From contig JALWKC010000089.1 in NCBI GenBank assembly GCA_026996795.1, positions 1 to 59,302 on the forward strand: a DNA stretch of 59,302 nt, written 5' to 3'. The notes under the pieces are model-generated. The model ran no database searches. It saw only the letters and a program-made list of their open reading frames with translations, and had not been told where the DNA came from. Each line of letters begins with the position of its first letter. Positions within the stretch are counted from its first letter, which is position 1. Of the stretch, positions 8,655-18,516 are shown piece by piece. The translations under genes and the position numbers were made by a program. This DNA comes from Lysobacterales bacterium. GTDB taxonomy: Bacteria; Pseudomonadota; Gammaproteobacteria; Xanthomonadales; Marinicellaceae.

Positions 8655-9427
8655 CAGCCGTTGGCCAGCTTCAGGGCATTGGCCAGTTGCAGGTACTGAT
8701 CCACGCTGACGGTCTCTGGCCGCTGTTGCGGGTCCAACCCCATGCGCTGCAATTGTTCGGCGGAAAACAGGCCCTTGAGGTTATTCTTGAGGGTCTTGCG
8801 CCGTTGCGAGAAAGCCTGTTTGACCACGCGTTCCAGGGTGGCAAAATCCACCGCTGGCGGATTCTCCCGTGGCACCAGGCGAATGATTTGTGAGTCCACC
8901 TTGGGCACCGGGTGGAACGAGCTTGGCTTGACCACAAACAGAGGCTGGGTTTCCAGACGGTGTTGCAACATTACCGAAAGCCGGCCGTAATCCTTGCCCC
9001 CGGGCTGGGCCGCGATGCGCCTCACCACTTCCTTTTGCAACATAAACAGCATGTCTTCAATGCGGTCGGCCTGCTGCAGCAAGTGAATCAGCAAAGGCGT
9101 GGACACGTTGTAGGGCAGGTTGCCAATCACTCGCGCCTTTCTGCTGTCAGCCGGTTCGGGCAAAGCCAGCGTCAGGGCGTCCTCATGGTGGATCTCCACG
9201 TGGGGCTGGCGGCCGAATTTCTGTTCCAACTCCGGAATCAAGTCGCTGTCCAGTTCCACCAGGTGCAAAGCAGCCACCCGGTCAACCAGCTCCTCGGTGA
9301 TGGCACCGTGACCGGGGCCGATTTCATAGAATAGGTCATCAGCCTTGGGGTTGGCAGCATGGATGATTTTGCCAATGATATTGGGGTCATGCAGAAAATT
9401 CTGTCCGAAACGTTTCTTGGCTTTCAT
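8654..9427 (-). CDS. rsmA: 16S rRNA (adenine1518/1519-N6)-dimethyltransferase
   Basis: 257 aa, MKAKKRFGQNFLHDPNIIGKII. ATGA overlap with the pdxA stop. Conserved surA-pdxA-rsmA order. Confidence 0.93.
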   Translation of the reverse strand: MKAKKRFGQNFLHDPNIIGKIIHAANPKADDLFYEIGPGHGAITEELVDRVAALHLVELDSDLIPELEQKFGRQPHVEIHHEDALTLALPEPADSRKARVIGNLPYNVSTPLLIHLLQQADRIEDMLFMLQKEVVRRIAAQPGGKDYGRLSVMLQHRLETQPLFVVKPSSFHPVPKVDSQIIRLVPRENPPAVDFATLERVVKQAFSQRRKTLKNNLKGLFSAEQLQRMGLDPQQRPETVSVDQYLQLANALKLANG

Positions 9428-10500
9428 GCGACGTCTTCTCCAGACTGATTTTGTGCCAGCTGGCGTGCCAGATGGATGGCCTGCAACAGGCTACCCGTGC
9501 CGGCAGTGCCCTGCCCGGCGATGTCCAGGGCGGTGCCGTGATCCACGCTGGTGCGGATAAATGGCAAACCCAGGGTCAGGTTGACCGACTCGCCAAAACC
9601 GGCGTACTTCAACGGCGCCAGCCCCTGATCATGATACATGGCCAGCACCGCGTCGACTTTTTCCAGTCGCGGTGGGGTGAACAGCGTGTCAGCCGGTATG
9701 GGGCCGGTCACGGCATGATCAGCCTGCCGAAAGGCAGCAATGACTGGTTCAATCACGTCGACTTCTTCCCGGCCCAGCACGCCGCCCTCGCCGGCATGAG
9801 GGTTCAAGCCACACACGGCAATACGCGGCTTCGTCAGGCCGAACTTCTTTTGCATGTCTGCCAGCAGGATGCTCAACACCTCGCGCAGGCTATCAGGGCT
9901 GATGGCATCGGCCACCGCCCGCAATGGCAGGTGGGTGGTGGCCAGGGCCACGCGCATGTGGCGATTGAGCAGCATCATGACCACTTTGGACGTCTGGCTG
10001 AGTTCGGCCAGAAATTCGGTGTGTCCGGTAAAAGGAATGCCCGCGCTGTTGATAACACCCTTGTGCAGCGGCGTGGTCACCATGGCGGAAAACTGCCCTG
10101 TCATGCAACCTCTGGCAGCCATTTCCAGGGTGCGCAGCACGTAATGGGCATTGGCCGGGTTCAACTGGCCAATGGTCACCGGCTGCGGGCATTGAACCGG
10201 CAGGCAGTGCACCGTACGCGAATCGGCCGGAATAGCACAATCGCCCTGAGTGGAAAGGGCTTTCACCGTCACGGCCAATCCCAGCTTGCGGCCATGTTGT
10301 TCCAGCACGGCTGGATCAGCAATGACCACCGCCGGGTTCAGGCGGCCTTCAGCGGCCAGACGCAGAATCAGTTCCGGGCCAATGCCGGCGGGTTCGCCAC
10401 CGGTAATGGCGATGGGCCGTTGAGTGGCCTTTCGGGGCGTGAGCGCCTGCTTCAAAGGCGGATGTCCACAAAGGCCTCGCCACGAATCTGACGCAACCAA
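9424..10500 (-). CDS. pdxA: 4-hydroxythreonine-4-phosphate dehydrogenase PdxA
   Basis: IAITGGEPAGIGPE plus conserved His/Asp metal-ligand regions. As drawn it overlaps surA by 49 nt. An in-frame TTG at 10455 forms a TTGA overlap with the surA stop and is a plausible true start. Confidence 0.88.
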   Translation of the reverse strand: MVASDSWRGLCGHPPLKQALTPRKATQRPIAITGGEPAGIGPELILRLAAEGRLNPAVVIADPAVLEQHGRKLGLAVTVKALSTQGDCAIPADSRTVHCLPVQCPQPVTIGQLNPANAHYVLRTLEMAARGCMTGQFSAMVTTPLHKGVINSAGIPFTGHTEFLAELSQTSKVVMMLLNRHMRVALATTHLPLRAVADAISPDSLREVLSILLADMQKKFGLTKPRIAVCGLNPHAGEGGVLGREEVDVIEPVIAAFRQADHAVTGPIPADTLFTPPRLEKVDAVLAMYHDQGLAPLKYAGFGESVNLTLGLPFIRTSVDHGTALDIAGQGTAGTGSLLQAIHLARQLAQNQSGEDVA

Positions 10501-11726
10501 GCTTCGCGCTCTTCGGCAATCTTGCGCTGCAGCAGGGCTTCGCGAGCTTGCTGGCGCTTGAACTCTTCGGTGACATCACTTTTGCGTTTGCCATTGAGCT
10601 TGACAATATGCCAGCCGGCCTGAGTCTGGAAGGGCTTGGAATATTCCCCTTCTTTCAATGACTCCAACGCCTTGGCAAAACGCTCGCCATACTGACGCGG
10701 CTGGAACCAGCCCATGTCGCCGCCCAGTGGCGCGGAAGCATGATCGTCTGAATATTTTTCCGCCAACTTGGCAAAGTCCTCGCCTTGCTGCAGTTTTTCA
10801 TAGACTTCATTGATGGTGCGCATGGCGTCTTCAGGCGTAACCAGCTCGGAAACCCGGGCCATGATGTGCTGGGCCTTGACCTCGTCGATCATTTTCTGCT
10901 CACTGTCGCGCTTGCCTTCCAGTTTGATGATGTGAAAACCGCTGGGACTGCGTACCGGATGCGTGATTTCACCCACTTTCATGGCACTGAGCTGATCAGT
11001 GAACAGTTCTGGCAACTGGTTAACCGGTCGCCAGCCCAGATCGCCCCCTTCCAGGGCTTTCTGGCCAGCGGAAACCTGCGTCGCAAGACTGGCAAAATCC
11101 GCCCCCCCGGCCAGCTGTTGATAAACCTCCTCGGCTTTTTGACGGGCTTTTTCCACGGCTTCGTTGGAGGCATTTTGAGGCACTGCAATCAGAATATGGC
11201 GCAGTTTGACTTCACCCTGGTTCAGGTGGTTGGACGCCAGAAACAGGTCCACATCTTCTTCAGACACTTTGGCCTGGCTCTCGGCCCAGCCACGGCTGAC
11301 GCGGTCGGCCAGCATTTCCTTGCGAATGTCCTCGCGGAAATCGGCAAAACGCTGCCCTTCATTTTCAATGGCTGCCCGCATTTGCGCGACACTCAAGCCA
11401 TTCTGGGCCGCAATGCGCTCAATGGCCGCGTTCAGCTCGGCATCAGACACACGCACGCCCGCCTGTTGTGCCTTCTGCACTTGCAGGTTTTGCAAAATCA
11501 GCCGTTCCAGCACCTGCCGTTCCAGCACCGAACGGGGCGGCAACTGCACCCCACGGGCATTGAACTGTTTGATGATGTTGGCCACGGTGCGATCCAGGTC
11601 GCTGCGAAGAATCACATCATCGTCAACCACGGCCACAATCTCGTCCAGCAGTTGCTCTTCGGCAAAACTGGCATTTGACAGCCACAAACCACTGGCTAGG
11701 GCCAATAACACGATCAGTTTTTTCAT
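10452..11726 (-). CDS. surA: Periplasmic chaperone / peptidyl-prolyl isomerase SurA
   Basis: 424 aa with a signal peptide (MKKLIVLLALASGLWLSNASFA) and two parvulin domains. Downstream of lptD. Confidence 0.92.
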   Translation of the reverse strand: MKKLIVLLALASGLWLSNASFAEEQLLDEIVAVVDDDVILRSDLDRTVANIIKQFNARGVQLPPRSVLERQVLERLILQNLQVQKAQQAGVRVSDAELNAAIERIAAQNGLSVAQMRAAIENEGQRFADFREDIRKEMLADRVSRGWAESQAKVSEEDVDLFLASNHLNQGEVKLRHILIAVPQNASNEAVEKARQKAEEVYQQLAGGADFASLATQVSAGQKALEGGDLGWRPVNQLPELFTDQLSAMKVGEITHPVRSPSGFHIIKLEGKRDSEQKMIDEVKAQHIMARVSELVTPEDAMRTINEVYEKLQQGEDFAKLAEKYSDDHASAPLGGDMGWFQPRQYGERFAKALESLKEGEYSKPFQTQAGWHIVKLNGKRKSDVTEEFKRQQAREALLQRKIAEEREAWLRQIRGEAFVDIRL

Positions 11727-11729
11727 GAA

Positions 11730-13973
11730 TCAATATTCCTCGCTATAGCCCGGAATGGACTGTTTCAACAAGCGCCGCGGGTTGCGGCCCAATGAGCCCA
11801 GTCCATTGAACTGGATTTCTGCGTAGATGCCGTTTTTGGCGTCTCCCGCTTCGTTATAGACAAACCGACGCGCCACCAGACGAAAAGCCCAGCAACAGCT
11901 GCGGTGTTCAATGCCTGCCAGTGCCTCAATGATTGTGTTGGCATCCAGCGAGTAGTTCCAGCGGGCAATCAGGCGATTCTGGCGGCTGACGGGGTAAACC
12001 ACCGAGCTGTCCACCTGTTCAATTTTACCCTGCCGGTAGCGGTAAGCAAAATTGAGCAGCGAACCGGCGGTGCCACGCCGTTGCAATCGCACCAGCGCCC
12101 GTTCGGTTTCGCTGGTTTCCGGATCCCAGTGCAAGCTTACTGTGCCATTCCAGGGGCTATCCGGCCGGTAATTGAACTCGGCAATCAGAGGTGACACCGA
12201 GCGGTTCTGGGGTTGGCCATTTAGCTGCACGCGCTGCTGGTCAAAATAGACAATCTGACCCATGGTGGCGTTCCATCTTTCCCGCCCCACGGCGTCAAAA
12301 GCACGATGGGTCAGCGCCACGGACACCTGATTAGCGTCCATTTGCCGGTCGGCGCCGGAAAAACGGTTGGTCTGGAACAGCAGGGCCGAACCAAAGGTCA
12401 GATCGTGGGTGTCAAACAACGGGATGTCCTCTTGCTTGCGGTACGGCGCAAACACGTAAAACAGCCGTGGCTCCAGGGTTTTGAAGCTGCCATCAGGCAG
12501 ATTTTTTTCCAGGCGTAGTCCGCTGTCGAGGGAAAAAATGGGCAGGGAACGGCCCGGTCTGTCGTTGCCTTCGGCGTGCTTGAGGTCATATTCGGTCAGG
12601 CGGTAGTCCAGCCGTGGCGCCAGCCAGCCCCAGGCTTTCTGCCAGCGTTTTTCCACGTAAGGCCGAAAATCCAGTCGCCAACCGGTCACCGAATCCTCGC
12701 GATAGAAGTTGGCCGCCTGCGCTTTCAGGCCGTAGTGCAAACCCTGCAACAGGCGATGGTTTTGCCACCAGTAATTGAGCACCGGCAACCGCTGGTAAGG
12801 TTTCTGGTCTGGCCGTATGGTGCTGGTGAGTAGCTGGTAGTCATCGATCTGGGCGCGAAACAACCAGTGCTCACCTGTGCCTTTCAGCTGCAGGTAACTG
12901 TGCAGGTAAGGCCGTGACGCGGTGTAGACGTTGTCGCTGAAGTCCTCGAAATAACGGGGGTCGGAAACCCGCTGGTACCTGCCATTGAACCACCAGTCAT
13001 CGTTGATGCTTTTACGGTGGGTCAGATTGAGAAAATAGCGGTCAATATCACGCACTTTATCATTGGGCAGGTAATCCACTTCCAGCGTACCGCGATAGCT
13101 TTCGCCCAGATAGCGAAATCCGCTTTCCAGCATGGCGCCATTCTGCTGAATGTAACGCGGCGTCAGAGCCAGGTCGCGATTAGGTGCCAAGTTGAAATAA
13201 TAAGGGATTGAAATGTCCCAGCCGGTCACCGAGGAATAGCCCACGCCGGGCACCAGAAAGCCGCTACGGCGCTGATCGTTCAGCGGCAACCGGGCCCAGG
13301 GCAGATAGACGATGGGGGTGTTCTTGAAATGCAAGGTCAGGTGGTGAAAGGTGCCTTCCTGTTTTTCCAGATCAAGCTCGGCACGGTGGGCGCGTATTTC
13401 CCAACTTTTGTGATCGGATGGGCAGGTGGTGTAACTAATGTTTTCCAGCACACTGGCCTGCTCGCTTTGCTGCAACTGTTCGGCGCTGCCATTAACATTG
13501 GAATTCAAAATGTGAAACGTGATGTCGGTGAGGTTCGCTTTGTCCTGCTGCAGGTAAAGCGTGGCCCGGCGCGCCTTGATGGTCTGTTTGTCATCGCTGT
13601 AACGCAACGGCGTCTGTATTTCCGCCTCACCAGTGGAGCGATTCAGTTGCAGGGACTGGGCGGCGATAATTTTCTTCCCCTGCTGAACGCACACGTCACC
13701 GGTCAATTTCAGCGTCTGATCATCCACCCGCTTGATCCTGAACGCATCCAGGTGCAATTTGCCGTCTGCCTGTGGCACTTTACATTCAATGGCCGGCGGT
13801 TCCGGTTGCACCGCACACTCATCGGCTATGGGCGATTCCGTTTTGCCCTTGGCCAAAGTGGTCGCAGGGAGCACAAGCAGACAGAAGATGCCGGCCAAGC
13901 CAGTAAGTGTCCCCAGCCGTCGTTGCTGAAGATGTCGTGGTGTTTCGGGCGTGGCGAACACAAAATGCGTCAA
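11730..13973 (-). CDS. lptD: LPS-assembly outer-membrane protein LptD
   Basis: 747 aa, OstA N-terminal domain plus a large beta-barrel. Conserved lptD-surA order. The start codon shown is TTG, so the exact start is uncertain. Confidence 0.9.
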   Translation of the reverse strand: MTHFVFATPETPRHLQQRRLGTLTGLAGIFCLLVLPATTLAKGKTESPIADECAVQPEPPAIECKVPQADGKLHLDAFRIKRVDDQTLKLTGDVCVQQGKKIIAAQSLQLNRSTGEAEIQTPLRYSDDKQTIKARRATLYLQQDKANLTDITFHILNSNVNGSAEQLQQSEQASVLENISYTTCPSDHKSWEIRAHRAELDLEKQEGTFHHLTLHFKNTPIVYLPWARLPLNDQRRSGFLVPGVGYSSVTGWDISIPYYFNLAPNRDLALTPRYIQQNGAMLESGFRYLGESYRGTLEVDYLPNDKVRDIDRYFLNLTHRKSINDDWWFNGRYQRVSDPRYFEDFSDNVYTASRPYLHSYLQLKGTGEHWLFRAQIDDYQLLTSTIRPDQKPYQRLPVLNYWWQNHRLLQGLHYGLKAQAANFYREDSVTGWRLDFRPYVEKRWQKAWGWLAPRLDYRLTEYDLKHAEGNDRPGRSLPIFSLDSGLRLEKNLPDGSFKTLEPRLFYVFAPYRKQEDIPLFDTHDLTFGSALLFQTNRFSGADRQMDANQVSVALTHRAFDAVGRERWNATMGQIVYFDQQRVQLNGQPQNRSVSPLIAEFNYRPDSPWNGTVSLHWDPETSETERALVRLQRRGTAGSLLNFAYRYRQGKIEQVDSSVVYPVSRQNRLIARWNYSLDANTIIEALAGIEHRSCCWAFRLVARRFVYNEAGDAKNGIYAEIQFNGLGSLGRNPRRLLKQSIPGYSEEY

Positions 13974-14038
13974 GAGATATCCTGTGGCTGTACTGACGGA
14001 AAAGTCACGGCCAGACCGGGCATTGGGCCGGGGCCGTG

Positions 14039-14067
14039 TTTACAAAGTTTGCGGCGTATTTTAATAT
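14039..14067 (+). promoter_or_regulatory. Putative sigma70 promoter (TTTACA-N17-TAATAT) for the yegP-like gene
   Basis: -35 TTTACA at 14039-14044, a 17-nt spacer, and -10 TAATAT at 14062-14067. About 87 nt upstream of ATG 14154, which has an AGGAGG Shine-Dalgarno. Confidence 0.35.
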
Positions 14068-14153
14068 GGCCGTTGGCGAATGTCTTTGACTATCTCGTTG
14101 AATGCCAATTCGCCGGGTGAATAAAAAACCAAACTGAATCCAGGAGGGAGATC

Positions 14154-14489
14154 ATGGCAGCGAAATTTGTGGTGACAACCGGCGCAGACGGCAAACGCTA
14201 TTTTGTGCTCAAGGCCGGCAATGGCGAAGTCATTTTGCAAAGTCAGGGTTACAAAACCGAGTCCGGTTGCATCAATGGCATCGAATCCGTGCGCAACAAC
14301 GCGCCCAACCCCCAGCGCTTTGAGTGCCGGGAAGCCAAGGATGGGCGAACCTACTTTGTACTCAAGGCCAGTAATGGCCAGGAAATTGGCCGCAGCCAGA
14401 TGTACAAAACCGATGCCGGCTGCAAAAACGGCCTGGAATCCGTGGCCAGGAACGCCGCCGAAGCGCGGGTGGAAATCGTCGAGGACTGA
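14154..14489 (+). CDS. YegP-family protein (tandem DUF1508 repeats)
   Basis: 111 aa made of two internal repeats (YFVLKAGNGEVILQSQGYKTESGCINGIESV / YFVLKASNGQEIGRSQMYKTDAGCKNGLESV). Strong Shine-Dalgarno. Confidence 0.85.
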   Translation: MAAKFVVTTGADGKRYFVLKAGNGEVILQSQGYKTESGCINGIESVRNNAPNPQRFECREAKDGRTYFVLKASNGQEIGRSQMYKTDAGCKNGLESVARNAAEARVEIVED

Positions 14490-14515
14490 GTTTCCTCAAG
14501 ACGGAATCTCTTGCC

Positions 14516-14682
14516 CTAAGGAAGCTCTGATTGAATCTGGCGCGGACAGATTGGAACGTAAATTGTTCAGATCAAGGCGCAAACCACACGCAATAGCGAG
14601 CTATTGTGAAGATTTGCAACGCAGAAATGGACGATTTTATGCCGCAAGATACCGTGTCACGATTCAATCAGCGGCTCCCTAA
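14516..14682 (+). mobile_element. MITE-like repeat, subfamily B, copy 1 (167 bp, CTAA/CTAA flanks)
   Basis: Same termini as subfamily A but diverged arms. Matches 28711-28878 and the reverse complement of 26336-26504. Confidence 0.85.
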
Positions 14683-14768
14683 ACAGCACACCAAACACCG
14701 TCCAGCTGGCGCAAGTCCGTCTTGCGCCTTTTTGATGCCTGATCCTTTCTCTTTTCATTGCCCCTGCC

Positions 14769-15539
14769 ATGACCAATTCCACCAACTGGTTTGACAACGA
14801 CGACTTCTGGAAAACCTTTTACCCCACCATGTTTGACTCGCACAGCTTTGCTCAGGCGCGCCAGGAATGCCTGCCATTGCTGGCACTGGCTGGCAAGGAG
14901 TCACCGCGCGTGCTGGATCTGGCCTGTGGTCCCGGGCGCCATGCCGTGCCACTGGCGGCGCTGGGGCTGGAAGTCACCGGCGTCGATCTGAGCCAGACCC
15001 TGTTACAAAAAGCCACCGAGCTGGCCAGGCAAACCGGCGTGACGGTGGAGTGGCGCCAGGAAGACATGCGCGATCACCACCGGCCCGGGCATTACGACCT
15101 GATTCTTAACCTGTTTTCTTCCTTTGGCTATTTCGACCAGTGGCAGGACAACCAGAAAGTCCTGAACCGGGCCCACGAAAACCTGACCGCAGGCGGCGTC
15201 CTGATTCTTGAGGGGCGTGGCAAAGAGCGGGTTATTCGCGAATTACAGCCCGTGCATGCCGAGGAATTTGACAACGAGCACCTGCCCGGCTGCGTGCTGT
15301 ATCAGCGGCCTTACCTGAGCGATGACCTGACGCGGCTGCATAATGAATGGACGCTGGTGTGCCCCGATGGCGCGCACCGGCATGAATACAGCCACTTCAT
15401 CTACACCGCGCAGGAACTGCGGATGATGGCAGCGCAGGCCGGTTTTGAGTCCGTTACGATTTATGGCGGTTTGAGCGGCGAGCCTTACGACCTGGATGCC
15501 GAACGGCTGGTGCTTGTGGCACGCAAAAACGGCGCGTGA
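14769..15539 (+). CDS. Class I SAM-dependent methyltransferase
   Basis: 256 aa. SAM-binding motif VLDLACGPGRH followed by an acidic loop (VTGVDLS). Confidence 0.8.
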   Translation: MTNSTNWFDNDDFWKTFYPTMFDSHSFAQARQECLPLLALAGKESPRVLDLACGPGRHAVPLAALGLEVTGVDLSQTLLQKATELARQTGVTVEWRQEDMRDHHRPGHYDLILNLFSSFGYFDQWQDNQKVLNRAHENLTAGGVLILEGRGKERVIRELQPVHAEEFDNEHLPGCVLYQRPYLSDDLTRLHNEWTLVCPDGAHRHEYSHFIYTAQELRMMAAQAGFESVTIYGGLSGEPYDLDAERLVLVARKNGA

Positions 15540-15607
15540 GTGCATCAGACCGGCACGGGAAGCGGTCAATAGCAAAGACCAAAAGGGTTGTGAAAGGACG
15601 GAAGGAA

Positions 15608-15683
<76 letters not shown>

Positions 15684-15863
15684 ACACTTTTCTAGTACTT
15701 GAGCAGTCGAAGAACAGCCAGAGGAAAGGCCGCTTGATGAATAGGGCAGCAATGAAACACTGTTCAATCGCCGATCAACTCAAGGGCGTGCAGTATAGCC
15801 AATCGCCCTATTTCCATCAAGCCCTTTTGTGCGGATTTTTCACCGATTGACCGGCTGCCTGCG

Positions 15864-16014
15864 ATATTAACCTGGCATCGATATAGATGATGCTCAGGGC
15901 TTCAAGCCTGCCTCGGAACAAGGCATCGCTTGCAGCCAATGGTTGTTCCATTGGCAAAAGCGATAACACCGGGCCGGGGCAGGCTTGAAGCCCAACTCAT
16001 TGATATAAAAAGGC
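15864..16014 (+). repeat. Type-2 structured repeat, copy A (one TTAACCTGGCATC terminus, nested stems, no second terminus)
   Basis: ATATTAACCTGGCATCGATATAGATGATGCTCAG matches the left end of 19979-20165. Contains a 15-bp stem GGCTTCAAGCCTGCC/GGCAGGCTTGAAGCC. The segment AAGCCCAACTCATTGATATAAAAAGGC matches the reverse complement of 20114-20140. Confidence 0.65.
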
Positions 16015-16032
16015 CCGCCATCAGTGCGAGCC
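16005..16032 (-). terminator. Rho-independent terminator after the secreted-protein gene
   Basis: Minus strand reads GGCTCGC-ACTGATG-GCGGGCC followed by TTTTTAT. It lies 27 nt past the stop at 16059 and its T-run merges into the type-2 repeat. Confidence 0.5.
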
Positions 16033-16058
16033 TTTCAGAGGTTTTATCAGCGCTTTAT

Positions 16059-17327
16059 TCAGCGCCGGGCAAAGCCCTGACCCGACGGTCGCGGTTCTTG
16101 GGGCAAAGCCAGGACCGTGATGCCAGCGGCCACCGATTGCACCGGTGCCAGACGGCTTTGATCCCGCAATTGCACCTGACGAATTTCAAACGGTGCCTTG
16201 AGGCCGGATTTGGCCAGCAAACCCGCGTCTATGGGTAAGCTCAAGGTCTGAGCACCCTTCGGCAACCAGGCGGCAGACTGGGCCACGGCAAAGGGCACTA
16301 CCTTGTTGTTGGCGTCACGGCCGAATAACACGCCCCGCACTTCGAAGCGGCCTTCCTGAGCCACGGTGACACCGATATTCACGCGCGCGGTTCCACTTTT
16401 ATCACGCGTGACATCCAGCTGGCCATTAAAGCCGGCCACCGGCAAGTTGACGGCAAAGGCCGTTTGTGCATCGCGCATGACCTTGTCGTTGGCGGCAAAA
16501 ACGTGGGCAGTCCACAGGCCATTGGCCAGGCCTGTCAGCTCTGAAACCGGCAGCGAAGCCTGAAAGCGGCCATCCGGCTGGCGGGTAAATTTCAGTTCGC
16601 CGGCCACGCGGCCATCGGGCAGGCTGACGTATCCCTGCCATTGGGCGTTCTGGGTGCTTTGGCCATCGCGCAAGGCGGCCACCACCTGAATCGGCTCATT
16701 GGCATTGAAGGTGGCCTTGCTGGTGCCCAATTCCAGTACCTGGCTGGATTGTGGCTCAAACACGTGCACCACCACCGGCACCTTCTCATCCAGGCCAGTC
16801 ACTTTCAATACCGCTTTTCCAGCCGGCACATTCGCCTTGAACGCCACCGTATTCTGTGGGAAGGGCACGCCGGTTTTTTGCACACTTTGGGCGTCGGCAA
16901 AAACATCCAACGGAATGACCTCGCCTGCCGCTTGCAATTGCACCTGACCGGCATTGAGACTCACTGCCTTGCCGGTGGACAAGGGACTGATGCGGATCAC
17001 CGTTTCGCCGCCAGTCACTGGCAGTTTCAGACCCGCAGCCAGCTTGTCACCGGTACTGTCCAGCCAGTATTGGCGGCTTTTTTCGGTGTAAACAGCAGGT
17101 GAAAAGTCCAATGCCTGATCCGCGTCAATGGCATAGCTGAACACCACCGGATCACGGCTGGTGTTGATCAGGGGGGCGTCCACCTGGGTGGATTTTTGCA
17201 ACAGACTGTCGTCCATTGTCACCGGTACATTCCATTTGGCCTGAGGCCCGGCAGCGGCAGCGATAGCGGAAATGGCAAAGCCAAGGGCAAGGGCCACCGT
17301 GTGTTTGGGTGTGAAATTGATTTTCAT
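16059..17327 (-). CDS. Secreted protein of unknown function (signal peptide; size and composition reminiscent of DUF4785-type proteins)
   Basis: 422 aa. N-terminal signal MKINFTPKHTVALALGFAISAIAAAAG. Beta-rich and Ig-like in appearance. The family assignment is from memory only. Confidence 0.6.
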   Translation of the reverse strand: MKINFTPKHTVALALGFAISAIAAAAGPQAKWNVPVTMDDSLLQKSTQVDAPLINTSRDPVVFSYAIDADQALDFSPAVYTEKSRQYWLDSTGDKLAAGLKLPVTGGETVIRISPLSTGKAVSLNAGQVQLQAAGEVIPLDVFADAQSVQKTGVPFPQNTVAFKANVPAGKAVLKVTGLDEKVPVVVHVFEPQSSQVLELGTSKATFNANEPIQVVAALRDGQSTQNAQWQGYVSLPDGRVAGELKFTRQPDGRFQASLPVSELTGLANGLWTAHVFAANDKVMRDAQTAFAVNLPVAGFNGQLDVTRDKSGTARVNIGVTVAQEGRFEVRGVLFGRDANNKVVPFAVAQSAAWLPKGAQTLSLPIDAGLLAKSGLKAPFEIRQVQLRDQSRLAPVQSVAAGITVLALPQEPRPSGQGFARR

Positions 17328-17339
17328 GTCAGCAGCTCC

Positions 17340-18194
17340 TTAAATGTCGTTGCGCAGAATAACATCGAGGCCAAAGCATTGGCGACGGCTCTGGTTATGG
17401 CTCAATGGCTCACCACCGGCCATGCGGCTTTTATCCCGGAACCAGGTGGTGCCTGCCCCTTCCTGGGAGGAGCACTCAAGGAAACCATCGGAGCAACTGC
17501 TCAACCAGGCCTGGGTGACTTCCAGCCCCACATTCAGGGCATAACCGCCGCAATAGCTGTCGCCATCCCACACGGCCGTTTCCACATCGGTACCGACCAC
17601 GTTCCAGAAGCCTTTGGGCAACGCCGGCCGGCCGGAAGTGCCATACAGGTAGTTGGCGTTGTAGTAAGCCATCCATGAAGTCTGTTGCATGCGCACGGCA
17701 TCGGACTTGTAGCCCAGCAGCCAGCCCAGGGAACTTTCAAACACATTACCCTGCATGACCGCATTGGCCAGCGGCGTGCCCTTGGAAGAAGGCGCGAGCG
17801 CATTGACCCAACGAATTTTGTTGATGATATTGGGGTAACGGCTGTCCCAGGTGGGGTTGGACATGATCCAGCGCATGACATTGCCGCCATTGGAGTGCGT
17901 AATCACCACCAGGTCGGTAATGTTCTTGTTGTTGATAAACGTGGTCAGCTGACCGGCCAGACAACCGGCGGCCTGGGAATCCCACATGTATTTTTCAAAA
18001 TTGCAGTTAATGACCACGTAATTGCTCTGATTGGGCAAACCCTGGCGAATGGAATTGACCATGCCCCATTGCCAGTAATCAGCGGCGGCATTGGTTTGGT
18101 GGCCCGTGCCATGCACCAGCGCAACGCCAGTGGCAGCATGGCCCACGGGAACCAGAAAAAAGGCGGCGATAAACGCCAGGCGAGAAAGTTTCAT
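17340..18194 (-). CDS. Secreted lipase/esterase-like alpha/beta hydrolase
   Basis: Signal peptide MKLSRLAFIAAFFLVPVGHA and nucleophile-elbow-like motif VITHSNGG. I prefer ATG 18194 (GGGAGG Shine-Dalgarno 8 nt upstream) to the TTG at 18197 used by the track. Confidence 0.7.
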   Translation of the reverse strand: MKLSRLAFIAAFFLVPVGHAATGVALVHGTGHQTNAAADYWQWGMVNSIRQGLPNQSNYVVINCNFEKYMWDSQAAGCLAGQLTTFINNKNITDLVVITHSNGGNVMRWIMSNPTWDSRYPNIINKIRWVNALAPSSKGTPLANAVMQGNVFESSLGWLLGYKSDAVRMQQTSWMAYYNANYLYGTSGRPALPKGFWNVVGTDVETAVWDGDSYCGGYALNVGLEVTQAWLSSCSDGFLECSSQEGAGTTWFRDKSRMAGGEPLSHNQSRRQCFGLDVILRNDI

Positions 18195-18516
18195 CAAATA
18201 GACCTCCCTATTTTGATCGTGATGGTAAGAAAATGCGCAGTGTGAGTTATGGAGTTATTGTTATTATTCGTATTTGGCGCATGGATTATGCGTCAGCCGG
18301 GCGTGGGATTCCGTGACGCAGGCCACACTTTACACCAGCTCCACCCCTTTTTTCAAACGTTGGTTTGGAGCACATGCGCTATCTTTCAAAATTCGTATGC
18401 ACGGTGGCTTTTTGAAAGGAAAAAACCACAGGAATTCAGGCAGCAGTCTTCGACTAAATTGTGCAGGAAGCCGGTGTGGCATGTGATGCCCCGAAGTCCA
18501 TCGGACAGGGCTGGCA

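Noticed and set aside
15864-16014. Type-2 repeats as integron attC-like sites, given that structure is conserved and sequence is variable.
   Set aside because: No RYYYAAC/GTTRRRY core sites are present, there is no intI or attI nearby, and the intervening genes have their own signals and mixed spacing.
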